Shown piece by piece: positions 25,344 to 40,633 of a stretch of 64,000 bases of DNA. The translations under genes were made by a program, and so were the position numbers. Positions within the stretch are counted from its first letter, which is position 1. Each line of letters begins with the position of its first letter. The notes under the pieces were generated by a model. The model did no database searches, was not told the origin of the DNA, and was given only the letters and a program-made list of their open reading frames with translations. This DNA comes from Epiperipatus broadwayi (Eukaryota > Animalia > Onychophora), in the NCBI GenBank assembly GCA_028023455.1, contig JAQFVV010000004.1, positions 17,484,001 through 17,548,000 on the forward strand, in the 5' to 3' direction.

Positions 25344-28300
25344 ATATGTAGTGCCTACAGTTTATATTATTATGAGAATTTTTTTTTCCAAATACTGTAA
25401 AAAGTTGTAAAATTTTCAAAGCTAATATTTTAATATAAAACATTATAAAGAACTGATATGCTACAAAAACATTCCAGAGTATATATATATATATGCTATA
25501 TATATTTATAAACCATTGTATTTGTTTATTTATAAAATAGGTATATTTTTATATATTTATACATATATTTTTATGAAATATTAAATATTCTGAATGAATG
25601 TAAGATAATGAAAATCAATTTTTTTAGCATATTTTGTGATTAACTTTTAATATTCAAATGGTAATCTTTTAAATTAGTGAAATATAATAATTGTATATTA
25701 TTAAACAGAGGAAATTAATTAATTTTATATGTGTAATGTAATTCCTAAGCACGACTTAGATATAAGAAAATTTGTATATAATAGATGTCATCAAACAATT
25801 TATCAATATGAAATAACAAGAAATTCATTTTTTAAAAAATATCCCAAAACATTTTAACGAATTTTTCTTTAACAAATTTAAGTATCCAATAATTTTCTAC
25901 TGTTCTAAAATTATTGTAAATATATGTAATTTTTACTTTATTTTATATTTTGTTCCCATGGAAAAGCAAGCTACTAATCCACAGTTATTTTTTTTTAATT
26001 CATAAACTCGTACAAATAATTTATTAGTCAGATATCATGTGCTTTAATGAGACTCTCAAATTATATAATTTAAATTAACAATTGTCAATCATAATATTTT
26101 TATTTGGTTCATAAGATGCAAACTTAGAATCTTTTATTAATGAAAATAAAATTTTGTATTTAATTTCCTCATAATGAATTTAATTTTTTTTCCATTTATT
26201 TTATTCAGATATATTTGAGTAGTACACAATATACATTTTTATGCACAAATTGTATTTGTATTTTTTTTTTTATAATAGCTACTGATTTTTTTTTATGTCT
26301 AGCAGACCAGCTTCTGTAATTCTTATTCTTTTTAATCACTTTTAAATAATTTGACTCAGTAAACAGTTTTTATATGAAATAGTAAATATAAATTTTTCAA
26401 TTTTTTGATCATTATTTGATGTGCACTAATTTCTATAACCTTAATAGTGTCAAGTAATCACATGATTATTAATAAAATATTCTCATTTTCCAAAATGCTT
26501 GATATAGATTTGCAAACAATTATTTGTTTTAATATTTAGTGATCAATAAATAACTTTCCAGAAAAATTTGTTTTAGAATTCAAAATTATAATAAACTTTT
26601 TTAACCGTAAATAGCACCTTTAAAAGTATTTCTTATAAAAGATGTTTAAAAATGTCTATGTTTTAAACTAATCTATTCATTACTCAAAAGATAAAATGAT
26701 TTATCTCAATTGTTCTTTATATTAATTTTATACAAAAATTTATTGAAATTAATAATAAAAAAATTGAATTATTTTTTTTTCAGTTGCAACAAACTAATCA
26801 GATATTGTTCCATTAATTAATAATATAAATAGCAAGTTCTCTTTGGTTATGTCTTCATTAATCATGAATTTGAAAAATCACTAAATAAAATTATTAATCT
26901 TGCATGAACTCACACACGTACAAAAAAAAATATGCTAGATATTTTTTGCAAATGTGAAATAATACTAAAAACCAGGAAGCATTTAATGATTTTAATATAC
27001 TAATAGATTTTAATGATATAACAATAATAATCAGTACCGTATTACATATATTTAAGATAAAAAAATTGTTAAATTTTATTTTTATTAAAAAATGTCAATC
27101 CAAACTCATTCTTTAGTTGAAATCAGAGATGAAAAATATCTTAAATCTAATAAATTAAAATAATTTTATGATCATTTAAAATATTATTTGTACCCCCACC
27201 CCCAAATAATTTTTAATCCTTAGAAATGTTCATTTAATATCAAGATATAACTTATAAAAGCAAAATATATTTTTATATACATCCTTAAATAAATAATAAA
27301 TAAAAGTTGCTATCTTGTGTTTTTAATTTTTGTTTACTGAAAGTAATAAAAACAAGAATATCATCAAATTAATTGTTGAAACTCATTTAAAATGACATTT
27401 TTTTAAACATATTTTATTAAAATAGTTAAGAAAAATATATATACAAAATAGTTTTAGCCATATGCTTTAGTTGTTACCCTAATATAAATACTAGCTCCCT
27501 CTCCATTCATAAATTCATATTCTATTCTTTCCGGAACTAATTAATGGTGATTAACATTGATTTCCTGTATTTGTCATATGTATTAAAAATTTGTTCTAGG
27601 CTTTACATTTTTATATTAAACTAATAAATTAATAACTAATATTTTGAAGAAAAAAAAATAATAATTTTTTATAGTATCAAATCTTTATATTTTTTTTGGT
27701 TTGAACAATGGACATTTGAATTTGATAGTAAATGTAGTTGAGAGAATGTTTGTTTTGAAATAATAGACTTTTTTTTGTTAAGTTTAAATAATCATTATAA
27801 TATTAATCGAAAATTATTATATTAGTCCAATTTTCATTTATAAATACTTTTCGTGTGCATCATCTATATTTACATAAACCATATTAATAGCCATTATTTG
27901 TTTAAATGTGTGTTTTATTGCAAAATCTACTTTTTATACGTAAAATTTTTTATTTATTTACTAAAATTGTACACTTATTTCATTATAATTAAAATAAAGA
28001 AGATGCTTATTATGTGTTATTATGTTCCTAAAAAGCATGGTTTGCAATGAAAAATTTATATCATAGATTATTTTCCCATTGAACTGATATATTATGTGAG
28101 AGGTGTTTTTTTTCCATACAAATTTAAATTTATTTGGAAATGTATAAGCACATGAATATTTAATAAAATATTTTTTTTATATTATTACCATTACAACTCC
28201 ATCTCAATAAAATTAATACATGTGATTGATATATATATTCATTTCTCTTTTATCTATCTTAGTTTGACACTTTGAACTACAAGAAAAAAAAATTATTTAA

Positions 28301-28399
28301 CTGTTCTAGTAATTAATTTTTGTTATCTATATTATCCTTCCAAATAGTCAAAAACACTCATGAATTTACATTAGAACTTACAAATAATTTTTAAATATT

Positions 28400-29110
28400 A
28401 ACATAACAAATTTGAAGGCAGTTCAGACTTGATGAGATCAACAAGAAAAACGATACTTTACTAAAAATTGATACACAGATAGTTGCTATATAAAAAAAGT
28501 AATAATTCATCAGTAAATTTTTAAATGAGACAATTTAAAAATATGTCATTAAGAAGTATTCTGGAATTTTGTAAAATGGTATGAAAATGAATTAACAATT
28601 ATTATAAGAAAATATAATTAAATTGTCAAGGAAAACTATAGAAGAGAATAAGTATCTTAAAAAATATAAAACATTTGGGTGTTGGAAGGAAAGTTATTTC
28701 AGCAATAAGATGAAACTGATACTAAAAGGAGGAATGAAGGAAATGTAGGAAAGGTTTATATAAAGTTCAATACAAGGAAAACAAAATGAACCTCTACAAT
28801 TATAACACGTTATGAATTGCATTTTAAATGAAAAGACGAGATAAAATCTATGATGAAGAGAAAATGTCCAGGAAGTGGTGAAATTGTTATCTTAAAAAGA
28901 AATAAAGAAACTATACCAAATATCTAAATATAAAGATGTACCAGATGATTGGAAAAATGTCAAAGTGATATTAATATGTAAGGGAAGATGAAAAAGAATT
29001 TATAGATCTATCATTTCTATACAAGATCTTTACCAAGTTAATTTTAACTAATCTTCAGTGAACTTTTGACTCGAACCAATCAAAGAACAAGTTGGATTAT
29101 ACTTTGTTTT
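28400..29110 (+). mobile_element. Decayed non-LTR RT fragment, intergenic
   Basis: KCPGSGEI, PDDWKNVKVILI, SFLYKIFTKLI, QSKEQVG remnants. Confidence 0.6.
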
Positions 29111-32100
29111 ATATATAAAGTATACTGATATTTACGATAGGTTTTAGTATAAAACTATTCTACATCATACTGGGTTTTTTTTTAATTTTGTGCTTTTCTC
29201 ATTTTTTTGTAAAATAATTAAAAAAATAGTAATGAGTATGTAAATAACTAATTTCAATGAATAGTTGTACAAATAGTACATTTTTCATTGTCACTGGGTT
29301 TGAATAAAAATTATTTTAAATTGTTTTTTATAACAATGAATCAATGTTGATAATAACATGACAATTCTGATGATAATTACTAAATTACATTTTTAATATT
29401 TTTTTTACTTCATTTGTAAAAAAAAGTAATGTTTAAGTTGATAAATGAATATAGTCACATTTAGAAAAAGTATTATGTACATGATTTTCATGATATCAGC
29501 TCTGACAGACATGCAATTAGTCACTTTATATGAAATATGTGATCACTGTCATTAGCATGAGCTCTTTTAGGTAAATGTGTTCTCTATTACTGTCATCTCA
29601 TTGATAACATAAAGTTCTCCAGAAATTGATGTTATCTACTTTCAAAAACACAATTATAATTCACTTCTATTTACATACAGTACAAGCTTCAAAATTATAT
29701 GTTTAGATATGATAAAGAAAATAAAATTCATTCAAGAGACATTTCAATTGTAATGATTTACAATTTCCAGCTTTATACAGTGATTATTAAAGTAAGAAAA
29801 CTATATACTTCTGATAATTTCACCATTGTTATAAAATATCTGACCATTGAAATTTTAGATTAAAAAATGGAATTATTTCTAGACATCTTCGTTTGGAATG
29901 ATTAAGAATTGATGTATTAATAATATGATTAATTACTGTATTAAGTAAAAATATCTTTATCATGGTCTGCTAAGCATTTCAAACTTTTTTCCCGGTATGC
30001 TTTTTTATTAATGTAATGAAATGATAAATTTATAAAGACACACTAAATTCTGAGGCTTAAGTGTTCACAAAAAGTAAATTTAAAAATAAATGAAAACAAG
30101 AATGGATCAAATTTCAAAAATTAAAAGTAATAGAACTTAATAATTTTAAAAATAAATCTTTGAGAACTAAATGCTATCTACTTTGCCCATGGATTTGAAA
30201 ACATTATCAAAATCATATCTATATGCTGCTTTCACCAATGGAAATTATATTTACCTTTTCCTGGAAAGCTAAAATTTCATTTGTCAAATCAAATAATATG
30301 CAATGTTATATGCTTATATAAATATATACAATTCTATTATCATAAAAAAATAGCACAAAGTAGCAAAAATAATATTCAAAGACTTATTTTACTTTTATTT
30401 AAACTATACTATTGTTCATTTTCTTTGATAAATCCTAAAGTTAAGAATATCCAGATTTGGAATTGATTATAAATGTATTAAAATGAATCAAAATAAGTCA
30501 TATAATTGTAGTATTTTTTGTAAACTGTATTTATTTAAAATTTGATTAATTTTAAAATTTATGTATAATTATATTAGATAACTAACAATTTAATATATAT
30601 CACTATAATATAATTATATATTTAATGACCTAATTATAAATACATATAGTACAATTAACCTATCTAATACAGAAGATTTGAACTATTTAATGAAATCACA
30701 TCAATTTAAGTTTATTAATTATTCATTTTAAGGATAATATCATTTAAAATTAATTTCAGTTAGTGATCCAATATTTACACTTTATGTATATATGAAAGAA
30801 TAAATGCTAGTTATATGTTTCATATGATCAAATGGATTATTTTAAACACATACCAAAATTTTAATTTGCTATCATCTCATTAGTGGAGGGGGGAATATAT
30901 ATGATTAAAAAAAATTATGTATATATTTGAAGATGGAATAAAACGATATTTTGAGTTTGCATCGTAAGTTATTTATACTTCTTTTTATACAAGATTAATA
31001 CTTAAGAACTCAGGTAATCTTTATTATAAAGCAAACTTTAATATTATTATTAAGATATAGTGTGGGTAACAGTACCAAACATGTCAAATTTAAAATATAT
31101 ATTTTCTTTTTATAATCATGCAACAACAATAAAAGAAGTCAAACCCTGAATATTATAATAGAATATCCAACACATGAACTCTATCTTGATAATTTACTTC
31201 ACTGGAACTATTCATATATCATTGTGAGATAATAAGTATTCATTAGACCATGTGAAATGATTGAGATTTAGCGATCAAATATTTAGTTGACATTCATGCA
31301 TGATACTGCAAAATCATTTGCAAGATTGAACTTTATCTAATAGTAGATATTAATATCTTGTAATATGATAATTAAGATTTATTTCCTATGATCATTTCAA
31401 TATTTTAGTCCTATAAATTTAACTTAAGGTGTGAGTTAATGATTACATTCTTTATACCATAATATCTAGCAATAATGTGTTTTGAGCATTTACTTAAATT
31501 GGTAACCAAAATCTATTTTCTGATCGTTTCAATAATATCTAGTAACAATATATTTCAAGCATTTACTTGCATATATATTAACATTTTAAAAGAGGAAATT
31601 TTATTTAAGATCAAAATCTTATTAATGTAGTTTGAAATAATGCCTACTCAATTCAGAAAGCCAAGCATTAAGAAAAATTAAGGTCAAAATATCCATTATT
31701 TAATAACTTGATATTTTGAAAAATTGATGCTAAGTAATTTCTTATTATTGTGAACTTTATTTTTATTTCTTTTTTCAATTCATTGTTATGGAAGGAATCT
31801 ATTCCATAAAATCAATATTTTTATTTATTTTGAATTATTTGTTACTATTAACAAAGTGATCAATTTATTCATTAGATTACATGTGTCATTGTCTTCCTTT
31901 ATAAAAGAAAAGGAACCAACGTTTGATAAATTAAATGCTCTTCTATTAAAGTAAGCCATTATTTATTCAGTACATGGATTTTTTTTTTATTAGCTTAATT
32001 ATTAACAAAATACAAAGGAATTTATAGAGATTCAAACCAGGAGATAGAATCATAATGGCTTTATCATATCCTTCAATTCTACCACTTGTAATTATGTCAT

Positions 32101-32169
32101 AGATAAGTAGTATATAAAATTTCTACTGACTTGCCTTTGGCAGGATAACTCGGTTAGCATTACTTTAAA

Positions 32170-32290
32170 GTTCAATATTCAAGAATCTAAGAGTCCAGGT
32201 TTGATTCCCATGCTAGTACTGTCAGTGGTCAGGCCAGCAACACCTGAAGAAGAAAATTATATCTGAATGTCGTGCATATACTAATCTGTG
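32170..32290 (+). mobile_element. Decayed tRNA-derived SINE-like head followed by a degenerate hammerhead-like motif
   Basis: B-box-like GGTTTGATTCCC at about 32198. CAC-CTGAAGA-AGA..TCT-GAATGTC^GTG at 32241-32274. Confidence 0.35.
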
Positions 32291-35201
32291 TGTTATTACT
32301 AACAGTTGAATGTACTTTGAAAATTTAAATTTTTCTAAAGCCATTCAATACTCATTACTAGATGATGGAAATAATCCAATATATAAATACAATTAACTAT
32401 AATTCATAATTTGTTAATATCTACATAGATCAATGAATGCTAAATTCCATTTATAAAGCAGATGAGCGCAATAATTATAGGTTGTCCTGAATCTTGATGA
32501 GACTCCAGTTATATGTGGGAAGAAGAAATTCATCAGGCTTTACTATTATTGTTTCTGGGAAACATTTTTTTTAGTAACTTAAGAAATCCAATTTTTTTGT
32601 TATAATTCTTCAGTTGTAGCTAAACATCTATAAAGAGTATGTTAATTTGAATACAAGTCTTAGATGGAAAAACTGTCATGACTTATTGGGAAATCTGATT
32701 TACTTATCAGCTCCTTGTACATTTTCTGCAAGGCAATTTCTTGTTTGATATCTAATAGAGAAGTGAAAGAAAAGAAAACCATTGCAAAGGAGTAGACTTG
32801 AATATACCAGTAGTATTTCTCACGGTAATATTTGAATATCTATAAGTTTAGTGTGGGCACTTTTTCTCTAAAAGTGGCATACTATTCATCAATAGAACAT
32901 TCTAGTGCCAAGAACTCTTAATAAAATGTTATTCCAAGTAGTACCAGTCAGCTTTTCCAGGAGGTTATTCTTAGAAGTTATTCAAATGTAATATTAGATA
33001 TATGAGGAAAATACAATAGGACATAATCCAAAATGATTCCTAAATAACATGGGATAGGATTGTGTTTCAGTGTTAATAGCAAAATGTTATATTCAGATTA
33101 GATATTTCTCTGTTGTTTAGATGAAAAGTTGAGTACACTATCTTTGTTGGATTTGGAATAAGATTCCAGCCTTTGAAAAAATATTTTCAAAATTTTCATA
33201 CCCTTGTTGAGAGACTAGTTCTTGAAAGAATGTTTTTGTAAACATAATATGAATTTTGTGTATTGTGTATATGGAAGATCAAGTTAATATATTAAATAGA
33301 TTAAAGCCCTGAAACTTATGATAAATGTTTTTGTTAAAAAGGCATTCACTTATTAAAATAATCTCTACACAAAATGGTTTGTCAAAGATCTTTTCTTGTT
33401 TCTGATTTGTTCAGGATTAAAAACAAAAATTATGTAGATGGTATGATGTATCAAACTGAAAAGGATGTTAGTATAATTATTATTTGACAACAAGTAAATA
33501 AGTAATATTAATTCATAATGATCTATTTTATCTTATAATATTTCAAGATGTTTACAGGACTTAATATCAGATCATTATTGATCTCGGTGTCCAGGTATAA
33601 TTCACTATCAAATTCCTCATCCAAATGAAGGATTTCATATGTATGCTCGATCATTACATATGTATGTTATATGGTGTACTTAATAGCACTATACTAAAAA
33701 ATTAGGGTTGTATCTTTTTTTTCAAATTCCTTTAATTATAAATGAATATAGATAGGTCTTTTGTGTACACAAATGATGATAATTATTGGTCTAATAAATT
33801 AATAATAATCATTAATGTTTATCTAAAATGATTAGTGCCAAAGATAGGAGTGCAGGAAGTTTGACATTTATAGCTTCGTTTGTGGTAGTATATGTACATA
33901 AACAGCAACAAATATAATATGTAAATAATTTTAAAACATTTAAATTCTAGTTTGTAGATTTTTATTTATTTTAAAAAAGAGATAACGATGATACTTAATT
34001 CTAGAATTTAAATAATGCCAAACTGCACTGCAATATATAAAAAAAGTATAAAATACTGACAGGCATTAAATAAATAAAAAAAAAAAATTACAATAATGTC
34101 ATCTTTAAATCTAAATGTTTAAAAAATAATAGTATAAATTTATCAACATATTTATTTTGTAAACTTTGTTTTTTGGTGAAACCAATAGTTCTAATGCCAA
34201 TAATGATTTTTCTGCTAACTGTGATAAGATGATATATTTGTGCAATTTTGTTTAATTACACTTCTAGCATAGTCTTTCTTTGAGATGCAAATATATGTAA
34301 AAAAAATGTGCAAAGTCTTCAGCATTGACAAACTAGTGATAAATACAGGTTGAGAAATAAGAGATCTTACACTTCTATGCAAAGTAGTACCATCGATTAT
34401 AAGTCACTTTATAATTAAATTTTATTATTCAAAGCATGCTTGGATGGCTTTATTTAGAATTCATGAACTCTACAAATATATAAGTATTTAGAAAAAGCAA
34501 TTTAAAAATCGCCTGTCTGCAATATTTAGTTAGGATGCTATGCTGGATAATAAATATTAGTAATTGAAAAATAAAAGATAGTAGTGATAATAAAGGGCGT
34601 TATATATATATATGAGTAAATAGATCATACACTTGTATTTTATCAAATTTTTGTTAAGAGCTTTAAACATAGGGCAAAATTTGTAATTATAAAGTGGTGT
34701 CAAAATTATTTAAATTTGATATAGTTGTTCTAGTGAAATTAATGTTGTTGGAGCTTGAAATTAAATGGAAAAAATATATCTAGTTATATGTTTAATTAAA
34801 ATAAAATTTATGATGAATAAAAAAGAGTATATACATTTCCTGAAAAATTTAATTGGTATCTTTTATATATATACATACAAGTTTTATGAAGACTAATGTT
34901 AATAAAACTGATTTTCCAATGAAATCTGTGACCATTATATTAGTATTTATGCATTACAGAAATGGAAAATTTTTTAAACAAAAAGTATTGTTTTTGATAA
35001 AGCAATATAAAAATCGATTTTGCAAATACATTTTAAATTAATTAAATTGTGTTAGGTACCACACATTTGATGATAATTTAGATGTTTAATAATCAAAAAA
35101 GCAAGTCATATATAACGTGACATTACTTTTATAAGCTTGTATTTACAAAAATGTAATATAGAGAGCGTACCAATACCTCAAACAAGCTCTTAATTGATAA
35201 G

Positions 35202-35707
35202 TGCGGTATAAGAAAACATTTAAAATCTCTATCCAGAACCTTCCCATCTCCAGACCAACTGGTTTTGAGCTTATGGCTCGTGTCAGTGGAGAGCAAGAAT
35301 ATTCGGACACTAGATCTAAAATATCAATTCAAAACCCAACACTTATTTCATACATAATATTTAAGTAGAAACTAAAATTTCCGGACATGAAAATGTCTTT
35401 AAATCTAGCTATTTTTAAGGCTTTGGCTATGCTGAGGCTGTTAAAATATGGTAGATCTGAATTTAGTTCAGTCCCATATAGCCATTTAAGTTAGATAGCT
35501 GGATTTAAAGACATTTTCATGTCCGAAAATTTCAAAGTTTCTACTTAAATATTATGTATGAAATAAGTGCTGGGTTTTGAGTTGATATTTTAGATCTAGT
35601 GTCCGAATATTCTAGCTCTCCACTGACGTGAGCCATAAGCTCGAAACCAGTTGGTCTGGAGATGGGAAGGTTCTGGATAGGAATTTTAAATGTTTTCTTA
35701 TGCCGCA
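35202..35707. mobile_element. Family D foldback (arms of about 210 bp, spacer 35413-35494), each arm with a hammerhead-like motif (35247-35292 -, 35617-35662 +)
   Basis: TCTCCA-CTGACGT-GAGC cataa GCTC-GAAA-CCAGTTGG-T-C^TGGAGA. The spacer shares AGATCTGAA....GTTCAG with family A. Confidence 0.8.
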
Positions 35708-38128
35708 TATATGTTTAACATTCATTAAAATAAAATTTAAAATGGCATGAGTAAAATAATAGAAATACTACCAAATTTCATAAACTTTTACTATGAAATT
35801 GATAAACTATTAACGATGTCAATTTAAATATATTTAGCTTGTGTAAAAGTAAATTTTAAAATGCCATGGTATAGCAAGAGAATTACTACTGAATTTGATA
35901 CTTTTATTATTTCCCTTTAAGTATATTCTCACATGACAAGATAAAGTTTTAAATATATTTAATTAACATGTGAGAAAGAAAAGTTTAAAATGGTATGGGT
36001 ATTTGCTTGATTTTAAAAATATTAACTTTCAACAATCAACTAAAATACTAATATAGACATGATAATAAAAATAGAGGCTAAATACAAGAAATAAAAAAAA
36101 GTGTGAAAGGTAGGCTTTATTATTTATCTTCTAAAAATATCAACTTACAATAAGTAGAAAAATGTTTTTCCACGGTATTGAAAAAGTATAATTTCTCTCT
36201 ATCCTTTGTTTACTGTCTACCCATCCATTACATATATATGTAGGCCATGGATTTTTTCTTTATGTATCTTAGCTCAATGTAAGAAATAAAAAAATGCGAG
36301 TGGTTGCCTCATATTTATATTTGAAAAAATGTCTACTTATAATAATTAAAAAAACAAACTGACTTTTCTACAGTGCTTTATAAATTACTTGAAACTATTA
36401 AAAATTATCAAACATAATTATTTATTTTTAAAAATAATAGCAATGTGTATAATAAATTAAGCTTTTATTAAGTGTTTTATAAATTATATACTTTAAATCA
36501 TATTAAAAATTATCCAGTACAATATTGTAAAGAATCCTTAAAATATATTATTATCCTTTATATATATATATAATACAGGTATTGATGCAAAAATGGCACT
36601 TTAGGGAGCTTGAAGATAGTTTCAATCACTTTTTTTACTTGGACACACATATTACAATTACTATCATTGAAAATAATACTTGTTAATAAAGTTTATTAAT
36701 CAAACTATACTCAAGCATGAAAATGAATAAATCGTTAGGCATTTATAAAGAAATTAAACTGCTGTATATGTGTGGTATTTTACCAGGAATAAGGATGTCA
36801 TCATGTAACACTGGAAATTAAATCAGTCTTATCTCCCTTCCCCAAATGTCAACACAATGATATTTATTAAATTAAAAATACACGATTCTATTCAAGGGAG
36901 AAAGATAAATATATGCATTGAAAAACACAAATACGTCTGTATTATAAATAAAAGAAACTATCTATTGAAATTTAATTACCATATATAAATGAATATATGC
37001 AATTATTCAAATTAGAAATGCATGATTCTGGTCTATAGAATAACATTTGATAATAATAAAACTCTTGAAAAAAATGCATATTTAAATATAACTTTTAAAT
37101 AATGTGCCAGAAACAAATTCCACGAAACGAATTATTTACAAATGATTATTATTTCCTAATTAATCAACTTTGTTACATGTTTTTGTGTTTCAATGTGTCC
37201 TGTATATATTACATATATATCAGAGTATACACTTAATAATTAATACTATTTAGTTTATCATGTGAGAAATATATTTAAAATAAATACTAAAAGTTTATTA
37301 TTCAATAGTTGAAATGAACAATCATTCATTTCAAGAAAAAACAAAATATTTTTTTTTCCTCTAAGCAAAATGATATGCAAATTTTTTTTAAAAAAAGAAT
37401 TGAAACCAGACAAAAGAGAAATCTAAGTTTTGATATAAAATGAATTGTTTTTTTTCTCTTGACCAGAAGGGGATATTACTTCATTCAAATCCCAGGACAT
37501 TTACTGTGCTTTATGAATAAAAGGACACAATCTGGAATACTTTTGAATAACTGGTTGAAATGAAGAATTAGCGCATATTTAAATGGCAGCTAGAAATTAC
37601 AAGGCTATATTATCATCATAAATGGTCTTAATATTTGTCAGAAAGAAGTACATTATTTTGTTTTGGATAAGTCTTATATTTAAAGACTGATTTGTACTTT
37701 TGAAAGAAACTGTCAGTTAATAAAAAAAATAAAGAGAGTAAGAAATGAATTTATAATAACTTAAAAAAATTATTTTTTAAAAAAAAATTAATTATTACAT
37801 ATCATATAAGTAAGTTAAGCTTATGAATTTTATATAAGTTATTAAAAAAAGGAAAAGATAAAGAAATAATAATAATCATGTAAGTACATATAAATTGCCT
37901 GTCTCAAATAACCATAATTAACAATGTACCTATTTCCATTAGTCTCATTCGTTGATAGTTAAACTCATATTTGATTACTAAAAATTGGAATTTATGTAAA
38001 TGAATTTATATATGCATAGTTATTTGTCCAATGTTTAATAGTTTACAAATATTCTCATCCATATGGGAGAATACATTCTTAGGGATTGATCGCAGAATGA
38101 GTCACTGTATTAATTGTTGTATTAAATT

Positions 38129-38266
38129 AGGTTTAGGACCAAAAGGCCACTCCTTATAATTATTGTATAGAAGGTTTACTCAGGTTTAGGACCAAAAGGC
38201 CACCCTTTATAGTTATATAAGCAGTTATGATTATGATCTAAAAAAGACCATTCCTTATAATTATGG
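38129..38266. repeat. 53-bp tandem repeat, 2 copies plus a degenerate third
   Basis: aggtttaggaccaaaaggccac at 38129 and 38182. Confidence 0.75.
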
Positions 38267-39709
38267 CATTGATGTCTATCCCGTATAGAGCATGTGTATG
38301 TGTAAATACTAGGACACATGTGAGTTAAAGAAATGTTTGCATTTATGGATTCATACATGCATAAAATTATATTTAAGTTTATTGAAGTCAAGGTTAAAGA
38401 TATGTAAATAAGTCAATTATTTTATACAGCGCGATGTACCTTATCCATGAATAGGTTGATACTATTGGCATATAAAGATTAAAGAATTTTATTAAAAAAT
38501 TAAATTGCATACCAATTAATGATTATACTTTGTAAATAAATTACTGTTACATGATTTGTTAATTTTATTAAAGAAAATATATCAATTAATAAGTACACTT
38601 TTTAAAGTAAATTGTTATTGCATGATTTGTTTAAGATTATGTGCTCTACCATTATTCATTGGGAGTAATTTATATTCTCCATGATTTATCCTGGCATTAC
38701 AAATGGGGCTGTGAAATGGTTACATTATTATATTGAATAAAATATAGTTTTTAGATATACATGTGTTGATTTATGTCCTCATGCTTAAAGTCAAATAGGT
38801 CTGTGTAATTTATGTAAATAAATAAATAAATAAATAGAGAAAATGTACTATTTAGTTTATCATGTGACAAATATATTTAAAATAAATATTAAAAGTTGAT
38901 GACTTAAGTAGTATAACGATGGTAAAAAGTTAAACTTTTTGCGATACTGCTGTTGGTAACTTGTATTATTATTTCATTTAAGTAGTAAGTATACACAAAA
39001 GCTGCAGACACAGTTACATATTGCTTATTATTTTATTCTATTAATGCAAGCAAAGCCATAGGTATAGATAGTAAGATTATAATTTCAGAGATTAGAAACC
39101 ATATAGTTGGCATTAAATTAATTAGTACATTTTTTTCGGTTTTAAATTAATTAAATGCTTTTGTTATATGCCCATTTTAAAATTATTTTCTATTTTAAAA
39201 AAATAAAATTCTACACAATTTTTGTTTGATTATAGCAAATTTTCATAACATTTGTCTTATTAAATTAGTAATAATTGAAAATTTGCTAATCCTTCACATG
39301 CGCCTACAGTTGTTTCTCAGACAGCCAATCAGATTTTAAACAGCTGTAATCAATCATCTTATTTCCACTTTTTGTATGGAAAATTTAGCTATTTAATTAA
39401 AAAGTAATGTTATTTTATATATTTATAAAGTTACCTAAAGAATGAGGATAATGAAAAAAAATATAACTAAGTATTTTTTAAATATGATTTATTGTGAAAA
39501 TATTTACAGTGAAACGTACTTTTTTAATTAAAAAAAATAAAATATATGCATCATATATAACAATTCCTTCACTTACAATAACCAAAATTACTAGTCGTAG
39601 TGTGATTGAAAATGTATATATGGACAATTTGTATAAAAAAAAAATTGCCTTTAATAATAAAATGATGAAAATCCCCGAAAAAGTGTATGTCGATAATTTT
39701 CATTTTCAC

Positions 39710-39788
39710 TCAGCGAGTGAAAGATCGTGTATGGCGTCCAATAATCTCGCGGCGACCACGCCCTCCTAAATTCTGGATGGAAATGAAC
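39710..39788 (-). CDS. vir: Virilizer terminal exon (RFISIQNLGGRGRREIIGRHTRSFTR*)
   Basis: aaatag acceptor in phase 2 matches the 52003 donor. GRHxRSFTR* is the characteristic VIRMA C-terminus. Confidence 0.87.
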
Positions 39789-40565
39789 CTATTTAAAAAA
39801 ATATAAAACATTAATCTCACTGCAATCTATATGAATTTTATCTAAAGGATAAAGAAATTTAAAAAATAAATAAAAAGCATCTGTTTGAAAATGCTACAAT
39901 GTAAAGCCCAATTTATTTGTATTAAGTGCAGGATTACAGTATTTTAAAAGGTAAACATAGTTTATTATATTAAGATATCTGTAAAAGGAAAAAAAAAGGC
40001 TAAGATTTCAATATATATATTTAATACCAATAATCAGGATATATAAGCAATGTTAGATAAAATGTACCCTTTTTTTTGCCTTTCACCGACTTTTAATTAA
40101 AAGAAGCAGAACACAGAACAACAAAAAACAAAAAGCCAGGAATAAAACAAAAACAGAACCTTTAAGACTGTTGTCTTAATTACTGATAAATCTATAAATA
40201 ATTTAGATAATGTATATATTTTTAAATATATATACAAAAATAAATAAATGATTATAGATAGCAGAACTGACACCTATACAAAAATATATCAATGGCAAGG
40301 AATAAACAACATTAATGGTGGCACTAAGGGTTAGAGATGTGCTCAGGTTTTCTTAGATGATTTGAGATTCCAAATGAGACAATTTTATATCCCACCCTCT
40401 CTTAAATTATTTATCGCAACATAATGAACATCATAACAAAGATATTTTTTATCAATAAATTGCTTTTGGCTAATGGCATTAGCTAATATTAATAAATGAA
40501 TATACACAATACATGATTTAATTTTATTATCGAGATAGATATCGATCAAATCTGTGTTAAGGAAT

Positions 40566-40633
40566 TGTGCTCATATACCCTATATATTACATATATAGAC
40601 ACAGGTATATAATAAGCCTGTGTTTCAGTTATT
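40566..40633 (+). mobile_element. Family C 3'-terminal fragment (5'-truncated)
   Basis: Matches 1213-1281, including the ACAGG...CCTGT hairpin and the CAGTTATTA end. Confidence 0.85.
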
